This document shows positions 1 to 9,959 of a stretch of 64,000 nucleotides of DNA, piece by piece. The number at the start of each line of letters is the position of its first letter. The first letter of the stretch is position 1. The position numbers and the translations under genes were made by a program. Location of the stretch: positions 128,001 through 192,000 of the forward strand of contig JAHPZH010000006.1 of assembly GCA_019058315.1 (NCBI GenBank). The letters run 5' to 3'. The notes below the pieces were generated by a model. It ran no database searches. It worked only from the letters and a program-made list of their open reading frames with translations, and was not told the DNA's origin. The DNA comes from Candidatus Helarchaeota archaeon (lineage in GTDB: Archaea > Asgardarchaeota > Lokiarchaeia > Helarchaeales > RDOG01).

Positions 1-78
1 AATAAATTATTTGAATTAAAATAGTTCTTTTTAGTTTGCATATAAAGCATTTAAGTCTTTGAAACTCCTATTTTTTTT

Positions 79-552
79 ATGAAAAAAAAATTCTCTTTAG
101 TAGGTTTCTCTGGAACATTTGGACCTCTTCATATTGGACACAAACAACTGTTTAGAAAAGCATTTGAGGTTAGCGAGAAAGTGATGGTAGGAATTACAGA
201 TGATTCCATGACAATAAAAAAAGAGTGTGCCGAATTAATAGCACCATATTCGGAGAGAAAAGCAGCAATTATAAATTTTTTAAAAGAAGAAGGATATTCA
301 GAAAATGTAATTTTTATAAAATTAACTGATAATTATGGTCCAGCTATTGAGGACAAAGGGTTAGAAGCATTAATTCTAAGTAAAGAGACTGCCTATATGG
401 GAGATAAAATAAATGAAATTCGAAAAGAACGAAATTTGAAACCTTTAGATTATGTCACTGTAGATTTAATTCTTGCAAAAGATGGAAAACGCATTTCTTC
501 AACCCGAATTAGAAAAAAAGAGATAGATCCTGATGGAAATGTTTTAGAGTGA
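79..552 (+). CDS. coaD: Phosphopantetheine adenylyltransferase, archaeal/eukaryotic type
   Basis: GTFGPLHIGH (HxGH) motif, D-x-YGPA, INEIR and RISSTRIR motifs of the archaeal PPAT family. Confidence 0.9.
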   Translation: MKKKFSLVGFSGTFGPLHIGHKQLFRKAFEVSEKVMVGITDDSMTIKKECAELIAPYSERKAAIINFLKEEGYSENVIFIKLTDNYGPAIEDKGLEALILSKETAYMGDKINEIRKERNLKPLDYVTVDLILAKDGKRISSTRIRKKEIDPDGNVLE

Positions 553-611
553 AGTTTTAATGTTATTTTTTATTATTCAATGTATTGAATTTTTAATATA
601 GTTGAAATTAA

Positions 612-2159
612 ATGTCTAAAAATCTTATAGCAGTATCAGAAGCTGAAATAACAATCCTTAAAAGTTTGAAAAAACTCGGAGGAAAAGCTAGTCCCGAACA
701 GATTGCTGACCATGCTAATTTACCTTTAATTAAAGTTAAATCAAGTAAATCCTTTCTTTGGGATAAAGGATTAATAGATTTTAAAGATTCGGAGATAATC
801 AATTATTACGCAACTAATGAGGGAGTTAATTATGCAATTAGTGATTTACCTGAAATTCAAATAATTAATTTTCTAAAAAATAATCCCAAATCTAATATAC
901 AAAGTATGAATAAAAAAATAGAAAGGCAAATTCTCAATATTGGGATAAAATGGGCAAAGAAAAAAAAATGGATCTCAACAATTAAGGAAGATAATGAAAC
1001 TAAATTTGTTCTTACAAAATCAGGGAAAAAAATTAACCTACCTCTCGAATCAAAAATATTAAAAATCTTTTCATCAGCTGAGATTAGTCACACTGAAGAA
1101 TCTTTAATGGATGCATTTCCAAGTTTGAAAACAAATATATCGCCTCTTACAGAATTGAAAAAAAGAAATCTAATTAAATCTAAAAAGAAAGTTAAATCTA
1201 TTTTCATAATTAAAGATTTCAATTTCAATGATTTAACTACTAAACAAATAACAAAATTAACTAGAGATGATATATTAAGCGGTTCTTGGAAATCTGCAAA
1301 AATAAAACCATATAATATTTCTAGTTCACCTCCCGTAATTTATCCTGGAAAGAAACAACCCTATTTAGAATTACTCGATGAAGTTCGTGAAATACTTGTT
1401 GGAATGGGCTTTCAAGAAGAAATTGGCCCTATTGTAGAGGCAGAATTCTTCAATTTTGATGCATTATTTCAAGCTCAAGATCATCCTGCACGTGAAATTC
1501 ATGACTCTTATATTCTAAAATTTCCCCAATTTGCAAATCTTAAAAGGAATTCTTATATAACAAATGTAGAACAAACGCATGTTGATGGTTGGGAAACTGG
1601 ATCAATTGGTTGGGGGTCATTTGATTTTGAATTGTCTATGAGATTAATTCTTCGTACACAAACTACTGCTGTTTCAATTAGAAAGCTTATTGAAGTTAAT
1701 GAACCTCCTATCCGCATGTTTTGTCTTGATAAAGTATTTAGACCTGATGTCTTGGATGCAAAGCATGCTGTTGAATTTCACCAACTTGAAGGAATAGTTC
1801 TTGGTGAAAATTTAAATTTAAGACAATTATTAGGTGTTCTTTCACAATTTGGAAAAGAATTAGGGTTTGAAGATATTAAATTTAAACCTGGGTATTTCCC
1901 ATTTACTTGCCCTAGTGTAGAAGCTTTTGTTAAGCACCCAAAGCTTGGATGGATTGAAATTCTCGGCAGTGGTCTATTTCGTCCCGAGGTTTTGATCCCA
2001 CTGGGTGTTGATTATCCCAAAGTTCAATGCATCGCATTTGGAATCGGAATTGGTCGTTTAGCAATGATTAGACTAGGTTTAGATGATATCAGAGAGCTTC
2101 ATTCTCAGAATTTGAATTATTTACGAAATACATCAGTAGTAATTTCGAAAAAAATGTGA
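612..2159 (+). CDS. pheS: Phenylalanyl-tRNA synthetase alpha subunit
   Basis: FNFDALFQAQDHPARE, FRPDVLDAKH..EFHQLEG, GYFPFT and AFGIGIGRLAM class II motifs; archaeal N-terminal extension. Confidence 0.97.
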   Translation: MSKNLIAVSEAEITILKSLKKLGGKASPEQIADHANLPLIKVKSSKSFLWDKGLIDFKDSEIINYYATNEGVNYAISDLPEIQIINFLKNNPKSNIQSMNKKIERQILNIGIKWAKKKKWISTIKEDNETKFVLTKSGKKINLPLESKILKIFSSAEISHTEESLMDAFPSLKTNISPLTELKKRNLIKSKKKVKSIFIIKDFNFNDLTTKQITKLTRDDILSGSWKSAKIKPYNISSSPPVIYPGKKQPYLELLDEVREILVGMGFQEEIGPIVEAEFFNFDALFQAQDHPAREIHDSYILKFPQFANLKRNSYITNVEQTHVDGWETGSIGWGSFDFELSMRLILRTQTTAVSIRKLIEVNEPPIRMFCLDKVFRPDVLDAKHAVEFHQLEGIVLGENLNLRQLLGVLSQFGKELGFEDIKFKPGYFPFTCPSVEAFVKHPKLGWIEILGSGLFRPEVLIPLGVDYPKVQCIAFGIGIGRLAMIRLGLDDIRELHSQNLNYLRNTSVVISKKM

Positions 2160-2269
2160 ATTTTTAAGTCCAGCTTAAGAATAATATTTGTCTACATCTA
2201 CACTTTAAAAAACATATTTTTTATTTTTCATAACATTAATTATGAGAATTTTAAACAAAAACTTAATTT

Positions 2270-4474
2270 TTGGTGAAAATTATTAAAATTGAATCATTAA
2301 AGATCCCAGAATCAGTAAAAAATATTTTAAAACAGGAAAAATATATTGAGCTTTACCCTCCTCAAGCAGAAGCGATAAAAAAGGGAGTGCTAAATGGAAG
2401 AAATTTAGTTCTTGCAATACCAACTGCATCTGGTAAAACTCTAATTTCTGAGTTAGCTATGTTAAAATCCATAATAGAAAAAAATGGAAAGGCAGTTTAT
2501 CTAGTTCCATTACGTGCTCTAGCAAATGAAAAATATGAAAGTTTTAAAAAATGGGAAAAAATAGGTGTGACGGTGAATATTTCCACTAGTGATTATGATA
2601 ATAAAGACCCATGGCTAAAAAAATATCAATTAATCATAAGCACAAACGAAAAATTTGATTCTTTGATAAGACATCAAGTAAAATGGATTAATGATATAAC
2701 TGTATTTGTCTTTGATGAAGTTCATTTAATGAATGACCCTCAACGAGGACCTACTTTAGAAATTTTAATTACGACGATAATGCAATTTGTTAAAAATGCA
2801 CAAATTATTGCTCTTAGTGCTACAGTACAAAATGCAGAACAAATTGCTGAATGGCTGAATGCATCAGTTGTCATTAGTGATTGGCGCCCAGTTAAATTAA
2901 ATGAGGGAGTATATTTCGATGATTCTATTTATTTTTCGGATAAACAAGTAAAATTATCAAAGATTTATTCAGATCCTATTGTTGATATAGTAGTTGATAC
3001 GATTAAAAATAAAAAACAAGCTTTAATATTCACAGATACGAGACGTTCTGCTGCTGGAATAGCAAACAGAATTTCAAAATATATTCTTAAATATTTGAAA
3101 ATATCAGATCGAAGGGCGCTAGAATCAATCGCAAATCAAATTTTATCTATAGGAGAGAAGACCAAGATTCGCCAAAAATTAGCTGATCTAATCATTAAAG
3201 GCGTAGCATTTCACCATGCTGGTCTTATTTCAGGACAGCGAAAACTAATTGAAACATCTTTCAAAGATAATAAAATAAAAATTATATGTGCCACTCCGAC
3301 TTTGGCAGCAGGGGTTAATTTACCTGCCCGAAGAGTCGTTATTTCTAAATATACTAGGTTTGATGTTAATTTTGGCCCACAACCTATTCCAGTTTTAGAA
3401 TATAAACAATTTGCGGGAAGAGCTGGAAGACCAAAATATGACACAGAAGGCGAGTCAATATTGATTTCTAATACCGAAAATGAAAAAGAGTTTCTAATGA
3501 ATAATTACATATTAGGTGAACCAGAACCAATTAATTCCAGATTAATACAAGAATCTGTTTTGAGAACTCATATATTAGCATTAATAGCACGAGGTACAGG
3601 ACTAGCAAAAAAAGATATTGAAAATTTTATAGAAACTACTTTTTTGGCACATCAAAGTATTTTTGATGATTTTTATTCAATAATAGATAATGTGATTGAT
3701 TTTTTAATGGATGAAGAATTAATTGAACAAAAAAATAATCTTCTTATTCCTACAAAATTAGGAAAAAGAATTGCTCAGTTATATATTGACCCCAAAAGTG
3801 GAATAATTTTAAAAAATGCGATTTTAAATCTTAATGATGCCAATATTAATACAGTAGGAATTTTACACTTAATAACGCGAACCGAGGATATTCCTAAGTT
3901 ATATTTGAGAAAAAAGGATTATGAAGAATTAAAACCATTCATTATTAAACACTTGGACGACTTTTTCTTTGATATTGAAGAAAATGAATGGATTTTTTCT
4001 GAAATGAAAGTTGCTTCTTTAATATATCTATGGATAAACGAAGTAGATGAAAATACAATAATATCTAAGTTTGGTATTGGTTCAGGAGACATCCATAGAT
4101 ACGTTGAATTATATGATTGGTTAATTTATGCTTTTCATGAAATTGCTAAATTATATAAAAGAACGAAATTGAAAGAATTTGTGAAAAATTTACAAATGAG
4201 AATAAAATATGGTATTAAAGAAGAATTATTAGAATTAGTTAGTTTAAAAGGGATAGGTAGGGTTAGAGCCAGAATTCTTAATAATCATGGATATACTTCA
4301 ATTGACTTATTGAAAAAAGCTAAAGAGAAAGATCTAATGAGATTAGAATATTTTGGTCCTGAATTAATAAAATCCATTTATGAACAAATAGGAGTGACTA
4401 TTGGGAAATTAACATCAAGTTCTACACAAGATAAACTTAAATTAAACCAAAAAAGCATTGATGACTATATTTAA
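2270..4474 (+). CDS. hel308: Ski2-like SF2 DNA helicase Hel308/Hjm
   Basis: PTASGKT, DEVH, SAT, FHHAGL, TLAAGVNLPAR, GRAGRP, C-terminal HhH (LKGIGRVRAR); ends in a PIP-like QKSIDDYI. Confidence 0.95.
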   Translation: MVKIIKIESLKIPESVKNILKQEKYIELYPPQAEAIKKGVLNGRNLVLAIPTASGKTLISELAMLKSIIEKNGKAVYLVPLRALANEKYESFKKWEKIGVTVNISTSDYDNKDPWLKKYQLIISTNEKFDSLIRHQVKWINDITVFVFDEVHLMNDPQRGPTLEILITTIMQFVKNAQIIALSATVQNAEQIAEWLNASVVISDWRPVKLNEGVYFDDSIYFSDKQVKLSKIYSDPIVDIVVDTIKNKKQALIFTDTRRSAAGIANRISKYILKYLKISDRRALESIANQILSIGEKTKIRQKLADLIIKGVAFHHAGLISGQRKLIETSFKDNKIKIICATPTLAAGVNLPARRVVISKYTRFDVNFGPQPIPVLEYKQFAGRAGRPKYDTEGESILISNTENEKEFLMNNYILGEPEPINSRLIQESVLRTHILALIARGTGLAKKDIENFIETTFLAHQSIFDDFYSIIDNVIDFLMDEELIEQKNNLLIPTKLGKRIAQLYIDPKSGIILKNAILNLNDANINTVGILHLITRTEDIPKLYLRKKDYEELKPFIIKHLDDFFFDIEENEWIFSEMKVASLIYLWINEVDENTIISKFGIGSGDIHRYVELYDWLIYAFHEIAKLYKRTKLKEFVKNLQMRIKYGIKEELLELVSLKGIGRVRARILNNHGYTSIDLLKKAKEKDLMRLEYFGPELIKSIYEQIGVTIGKLTSSSTQDKLKLNQKSIDDYI

Positions 4475-4565
4475 AAAAAATAAATTCCAATTTAATAGAG
4501 ATTTTAACAATGTTCTTAGCCAATTCAGTTTTTTACTAATAATGAATAAATTTGGAGTATAAGGT

Positions 4566-6227
4566 ATGCCAACTTTAAATTTCAGTTATAATGATTTATG
4601 TAAATTAATAGGAAAGAAAATTGAAAAAAAACAGCTTGAAGAGCTAATATTATTAAATAAAGGTGAGGTAGAGGACTGGATAGATGATGAAATGACTGTA
4701 GAGGTAACGAGTGATAGAGTAGATTTATTATCTGTTGAAGGTATTGCAAGAGCTATAAAAGGTTTTTTAGAAATCGAATTGGGCATACCCAAATATCCAG
4801 TTCAAAAATCAAATGTAAAACTTTCAGTTGATGAAGCGGTAAATCAAGTAAGACCATTTGTCGTAAGTGGAATAATAGAAGATGTAGAATTAACAGATAC
4901 AAGTGTTGCTCAACTCATGCAAATGCAGGAAAAATTACATACAACTCATTGCCGTAATCGTCGGAAAGCATCGATAGGAGTACATGATTTGGATAAAATT
5001 AAACCTCCAATTACATACACAGCTAAAAAACCAGAAGATATATATTTTATTCCGTTACAAGAATCTAAAGCTATGGATGGAAATGAAATCCTTCGCAAAG
5101 TTAAAAAAGGGATTGAATATGCACCCCTCATCCAAAATTCTCCAGTATATCCACTAATTATAGATTCTGAAGAAACTATTCTTTCACTTCCTCCTATTAT
5201 AAATTCTGTAGATACAGCGGTAGATCCAGATACAAGAAATTTATTTTTTGAAATTACTTGTTTGGATGAGCAAGTAGCACTTATTGCATTGAATGTTCTT
5301 CTATGTAATATAAGTGAAAGAAGAGGAACTATAAAAACAGTTGAAGTAGAATATCATGATGGTCGAATTATAAATCTTCCAGATTTAACCCCTCAAACAA
5401 AGACTCTCCACTTAGATTATACAAATCAAGTCCTTGGTTTAAAATTGAATTTAAAAGAACTTAATAAATTGATTAAAAAGTCTAGAATGGAAGCAAATCC
5501 AAAGGATAAAAATACTGTCGAAGTTTTAGTACCATCTTTTAGGTCAAATATTCTTCATGAAATTGATTTAATCGAGGATATTTCAATTGCATATGGCTAT
5601 AATAAGTTTATAACCGATTTACCCCAAGTCATTACAATAGGTAAAGAAAGTAAAAAAGCGATATTTACTCGAAAAATCAGGGAATTAATGGTCGGTTTTG
5701 GATTTCAAGAAGTATCTAATTATATAATGACCAACAAGGAATATTTATTTTCAAATATGAATTTAAAAGAAGATGAAATAGTAGAAATCGCAAATCCAGT
5801 CAGTACAACCTATTCTGTACTTAGAAATAGTCTCATCCCTAGTATGCTAAATTTCCTGAAAAATAATTTACATGCTGTATATCCTCAAAAAACCTTCGAA
5901 ACTGGTGATGTAGTTATTGTTGATAAAAAATCTCAAACAAAAACTAATACTTTAAGCAGATTATGTGCAGCTATTACGAGTTTTTCAATTTCCTTTGAAA
6001 ATATTCAAGCAATATTATTTTCACTTTTTCAAAATCTAGACTTAAAAAACATAAAATTAGAATCCGTCGAACATAATAGTTTCATTCAAGGGCGCGTTGC
6101 CGAAATTCATGTAAATAATAAAAAAATTGGAATAATTGGTGAAATTTCCATACCCGTACTTAAAAATTTCGCCTTAGAAAATCCTGTTGCATTATTTGAA
6201 ATTAATTTAGATAATTTATTGAGTTAA
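4566..6227 (+). CDS. pheT: Phenylalanyl-tRNA synthetase beta subunit
   Basis: MPT start, DRVDLLSVEGIAR, QEKLH, SLPPIINS, DLIEDISIAYGY; archaeal size (553 aa). Confidence 0.97.
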   Translation: MPTLNFSYNDLCKLIGKKIEKKQLEELILLNKGEVEDWIDDEMTVEVTSDRVDLLSVEGIARAIKGFLEIELGIPKYPVQKSNVKLSVDEAVNQVRPFVVSGIIEDVELTDTSVAQLMQMQEKLHTTHCRNRRKASIGVHDLDKIKPPITYTAKKPEDIYFIPLQESKAMDGNEILRKVKKGIEYAPLIQNSPVYPLIIDSEETILSLPPIINSVDTAVDPDTRNLFFEITCLDEQVALIALNVLLCNISERRGTIKTVEVEYHDGRIINLPDLTPQTKTLHLDYTNQVLGLKLNLKELNKLIKKSRMEANPKDKNTVEVLVPSFRSNILHEIDLIEDISIAYGYNKFITDLPQVITIGKESKKAIFTRKIRELMVGFGFQEVSNYIMTNKEYLFSNMNLKEDEIVEIANPVSTTYSVLRNSLIPSMLNFLKNNLHAVYPQKTFETGDVVIVDKKSQTKTNTLSRLCAAITSFSISFENIQAILFSLFQNLDLKNIKLESVEHNSFIQGRVAEIHVNNKKIGIIGEISIPVLKNFALENPVALFEINLDNLLS

Positions 6228-6240
6228 TATTTTTTATAAA

Positions 6241-6948
6241 ATGGTGTTTTTTATTTCTGTGCAAGGTTTAAATTTTATAAAATTATGCCAAAAAATTGTC
6301 CAGAATTCAAAGAAGAATTTTTGGAGACTAAGAAAATACAAGTTATCCCCAAAGACCAATATTATTTCAGTCTCTAAAAAATTGAAAGTTGCCCCTGTGC
6401 TTATTATTCGTGAAATTCTTAAAAGAAGAGAGTATTCTAGAAACGATATTAATAAAATTTTAAGAAAAGAAATTCCTGCACCATCAGAATTAGAAGAATT
6501 AATCGATTTAGCTTGCAGAAATGATCCAGTATATTCTCCTTTAGGGCTGGAACTTTCTCGAGAGCGTGGAGAAGAAGGAGAAAATCTGATCAAATTGTGG
6601 TTAGAATCAAAAGAGTTGAAATTTGAGCGAGATTTAGGTAGTGGTATTTCCTTTCCCGATTTCTATTTAGAAAAACCGATAAATATCTTTGGAAATCATA
6701 TTGATTGGATTGAAAGCAAATGTTATTTTGGCGAAAAAGACGAATTAATTGAAGATGAAGAACAGTTTAAAAGATTCGATTCAATGGGAAAAGGAGTAAT
6801 TATTTATTGGTTTGGATTTGAGAAAAAAACTAAACGATTTATGATATCTGGAATGGATTTCAGAAAACTTCTCCCAGATCAATTAAAATCAAAAGTCGAT
6901 TCATTACTTAACTTTGTACCTAAAGAATTTAATCATTTAATAAATTAG
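6241..6948 (+). CDS. CDIN1/C15orf41-like (TPD domain) PD-(D/E)xK nuclease
   Basis: DPVYSP..G..GE, FPDF, WIESKCYFG, QF and GKGVIIYWFGF match the TPDF...WIESKASFG...GPGLVIYWYGF signature of human C15orf41. Confidence 0.85.
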   Translation: MVFFISVQGLNFIKLCQKIVQNSKKNFWRLRKYKLSPKTNIISVSKKLKVAPVLIIREILKRREYSRNDINKILRKEIPAPSELEELIDLACRNDPVYSPLGLELSRERGEEGENLIKLWLESKELKFERDLGSGISFPDFYLEKPINIFGNHIDWIESKCYFGEKDELIEDEEQFKRFDSMGKGVIIYWFGFEKKTKRFMISGMDFRKLLPDQLKSKVDSLLNFVPKEFNHLIN

Positions 6949-7108
6949 ATATCAAAAATCTAAATTATTTACTTGTTCTTTTTATAAAAATTCGGTTTTC
7001 TTTATTTTTTATTATTAAAGTCGAAAATTAAATTCATTTGCGTTATTCTAGGAGTTTTTAACTGTTTCTCAAATAAAATTTGTGAAAATTATTAAATAGT
7101 GAAAATTA

Positions 7109-7696
7109 TTGGAAGATAAATACATTTTTGAAATACAAGAAAAACAGCAGAAGATTGAAGCTGTAAAACAAGATTTTGAACGAGAAGTATTAAAAAAGAT
7201 TGGAGATGTACTAATACACGAAATAGGTAATATAATTGAGAAACATAATCTTGAACATGGTATTCAGCATTATAAAATTTTCAATATTGCATTTCCAAAT
7301 TATTTAAAATTAATGTTTAATCTATTTAATAAGAACAATTTGTTAAGTGAAACTGCATTATTTTACGTTTTTTTGAATCTTAAAAATTTACCAACAGAAT
7401 ATGAAAAAAAATATGAACAAAACATTCAAATAATTTTAAAAATTCTCAAGGATTCCTCAGATATTAAAAATTTAATTTTAGTAAGTTCAGAAAATACTAA
7501 TGATACACAATTTTGGGTAAAAGTTCAAGTTCCAAAAAAATTAGCGCCTCAATTGGAACAACTGGGAGATAATGCCTCATACTTTTTAATTTATGGAGTT
7601 TTAGCAATAATTAAATGGCTAGATCTATTAAGCCCAAAATTTCTACCAGAATTTAATAATTACGAAAAATATTTTCAAAATTATTTAATAAGTTGA
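7109..7696 (+). CDS. Hypothetical protein (possibly two ribbon-helix-helix-like segments)
   Basis: 195-aa ORF with genome-typical composition; no firm family motif. Confidence 0.6.
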   Translation: MEDKYIFEIQEKQQKIEAVKQDFEREVLKKIGDVLIHEIGNIIEKHNLEHGIQHYKIFNIAFPNYLKLMFNLFNKNNLLSETALFYVFLNLKNLPTEYEKKYEQNIQIILKILKDSSDIKNLILVSSENTNDTQFWVKVQVPKKLAPQLEQLGDNASYFLIYGVLAIIKWLDLLSPKFLPEFNNYEKYFQNYLIS

Positions 7697-7700
7697 AAAA

Positions 7701-8408
7701 TTAAGTCAATTTAACGACAGCTGTTCCAGCTATTGATTGCCGTTCTCTCTTCATTTCAAATTCTATAATTTTATTTGAATTTTCTTTTTTTAATTCAACA
7801 ACTATTTTTTCATTTGGATTTGCCCAAATCTTGACGGCTCCTTCTTCAATACTTAAAAAATTTACTTTCTCAACACCTTCAGCTTCGAAATCAATTATTT
7901 TTTTGATATCTTTAATTTTTTCGTCTTCAAACTTGTAATTTAATTTAAAATTCAATTTTGCATTTAATAAATTCTTTTTTAATGAATCCTCATCAATTTT
8001 TTCATCTTTTAATAATAATTGTCCAAAGATAAGTGGTGTATAGGTGTATTGTTTTAATTCTAAATTCACAGTTTTATCGGTCTCATTTTTTTCTATAATT
8101 TTTGCTCGACTAACAATTGTATCTTTGGGACGACAACTTCCAATAAATTTTATTTCGATTTTTTCAATAGCTTCTGATGAATTCGCCCAATCTGTTAAAG
8201 CTTGTTGCATATAAGCTGCAAAAAATAATCCATGAGCGATAACACCATTTAAACCAGTCCGCCATGCTGCCCAATCGTCCATATGAATGGGATTTCTATC
8301 ACCAGATGCATAACCATATTCTCTTATCATCTTACGATTCAAAGATTCTTTAACAAGTGGTGTGATTTCATCCCCTACTTTAATTTCATTAAACTTTGGT
8401 AGAACCAA
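7701..8408 (-). CDS. MaoC-family (R)-specific enoyl-CoA hydratase/3-hydroxyacyl dehydratase with ~90-aa insertion
   Basis: Hydratase-2 motif YGYASGDRNPIH plus GVIAHG. Confidence 0.85.
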   Translation of the reverse strand: MVLPKFNEIKVGDEITPLVKESLNRKMIREYGYASGDRNPIHMDDWAAWRTGLNGVIAHGLFFAAYMQQALTDWANSSEAIEKIEIKFIGSCRPKDTIVSRAKIIEKNETDKTVNLELKQYTYTPLIFGQLLLKDEKIDEDSLKKNLLNAKLNFKLNYKFEDEKIKDIKKIIDFEAEGVEKVNFLSIEEGAVKIWANPNEKIVVELKKENSNKIIEFEMKRERQSIAGTAVVKLT

Positions 8409-8515
8409 AAAATCATCTCTGTAAATTTAATTAAATTCATTTAAAATAAAATAGAGTAATTTAAATTATAAAATATTTTTGATTTTTTTATAAAATTAAA
8501 AAAAAGAAAATATAA

Positions 8516-9199
8516 TTATTTTATAGCTACAGTTCCAGTTCCTACTATTGAGTCTCTATTCCTAACTATTCCGAATTTGAATTTTTCACCCTTCTTTTTA
8601 CCGATAAATTCTGCAGTTACTTTATCCTTGCCTGCTCTAAGCCAATCGCGTACAAGAGGCTCATCAGCCATTAAATCTTTCCGACGAGTGTCAATACCTT
8701 TTGGCTCAAATATTAATTCGTGTTTCTTTTCACCTGTCGCCGTAAAATCAATATTGATTTTAATTGGAGTCTCTGCCAATACCTTTAGGATTTCTTCATC
8801 GCTCAAATTAGATTTTGCTTTACCTCTTAAATAATAGGTTTTTGTTGTGGTAATTATATCTAAATCAGCCAGTTTTTCGCCGTCTTTTTCATATTTCTTT
8901 GTAACAATGGCCTTAAATTCTACAATATCTCCAGGTCTGGTCATACCAGTCATTCGTCCACCGTATTTCCTAACATTTTCGGCGCCAACCCAATCAACTA
9001 ACATTTTACCAATCATCGCATGAGTATATAATCCATGTGCTATTACTCCTTTATTGAATAAACCGGCAAATTCGTCCTGATGAATAGGGTTCTGATCTCC
9101 TCCAGCGTCAGCATAAACTTTAAATTCTGCTCTCATTAAAGGTCCGTATGTCATTGAAGTTCCCATTTCTCCTTCTTTAAGTTCATCCCAATTTACCAT
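8516..9199 (-). CDS. MaoC-family dehydratase paralog with ~90-aa insertion
   Basis: YADAGGDQNPIH and GVIAHG; start reassigned to ATG 9199 (MVNWDE), which has a GGAGATG SD and avoids overlap with the upstream gene. Confidence 0.85.
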   Translation of the reverse strand: MVNWDELKEGEMGTSMTYGPLMRAEFKVYADAGGDQNPIHQDEFAGLFNKGVIAHGLYTHAMIGKMLVDWVGAENVRKYGGRMTGMTRPGDIVEFKAIVTKKYEKDGEKLADLDIITTTKTYYLRGKAKSNLSDEEILKVLAETPIKINIDFTATGEKKHELIFEPKGIDTRRKDLMADEPLVRDWLRAGKDKVTAEFIGKKKGEKFKFGIVRNRDSIVGTGTVAIK

Positions 9200-9210
9200 A
9201 ATATCATCTC

Positions 9211-9681
9211 CTAATCTTGAAGGTTGAAACCTCCTTTTTGACAAACTACTCCGATTTCAGAAATACAGACTGTCTTACCAACTTTTGATTCATCGCTACT
9301 CGCCACAACTTTTGATACAGCTTCTAAAGCCATAACAAGCATTCCATTTGATTTTACTTCGATACTTTTTATACTCGGAACAGTTTCTACCTTATCTCCA
9401 TCCTTAAGAGGTGGGGCACCTTTTGGAAAAGTATATACTTGTCCTCCATGCAGAATTGCTAAAGGATTGGTAATAATACCCGATCCATCCGCATTTTTTG
9501 CACTCCCAGCACCTCCAAGAGCTGGAAAAACGTACGCATTCGCATAAGCTGGATGTGCAATGGGATCATCTCCAAAAAATTCAGGTTGTGTAGCTCCAAT
9601 GCTTTCAGCAAACGCAACTAATTTTTTCTTCTTAATTTTAAATTTAGTTCCTTTCAAAGTTTGACCAATTAATCCCGACAT
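9211..9681 (-). CDS. MaoC N-terminal-like (HadA/FAS1-type) non-catalytic hot-dog subunit
   Basis: FAESIG..P and ILHGGQVYTF..PL..GD motifs; lacks DxNPIH. Confidence 0.75.
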   Translation of the reverse strand: MSGLIGQTLKGTKFKIKKKKLVAFAESIGATQPEFFGDDPIAHPAYANAYVFPALGGAGSAKNADGSGIITNPLAILHGGQVYTFPKGAPPLKDGDKVETVPSIKSIEVKSNGMLVMALEAVSKVVASSDESKVGKTVCISEIGVVCQKGGFNLQD

Positions 9682-9959
9682 TGTTAATCAACTCAAAATT
9701 ATTTTTTATTTGCTAATGTTTTTCAATACTATTTTGAGATTTTAATTTTTTTTGTCATATTTCGAATATATGAAGTCAAGGAAATGGGAAGATTTCTCTA
9801 AAAAAAATATTAAAAAGTAAATACTTTTGAAAAAATTTTTATCCAACTAATCAAATATTATATTTGGATGAAGGAATAATCTTCTTCATCGAGGACCAAT
9901 TGAAAAAATGATGATATTTGGTGCAAAAAAAGAAGTACATCCGGACAGAAACTACTACT

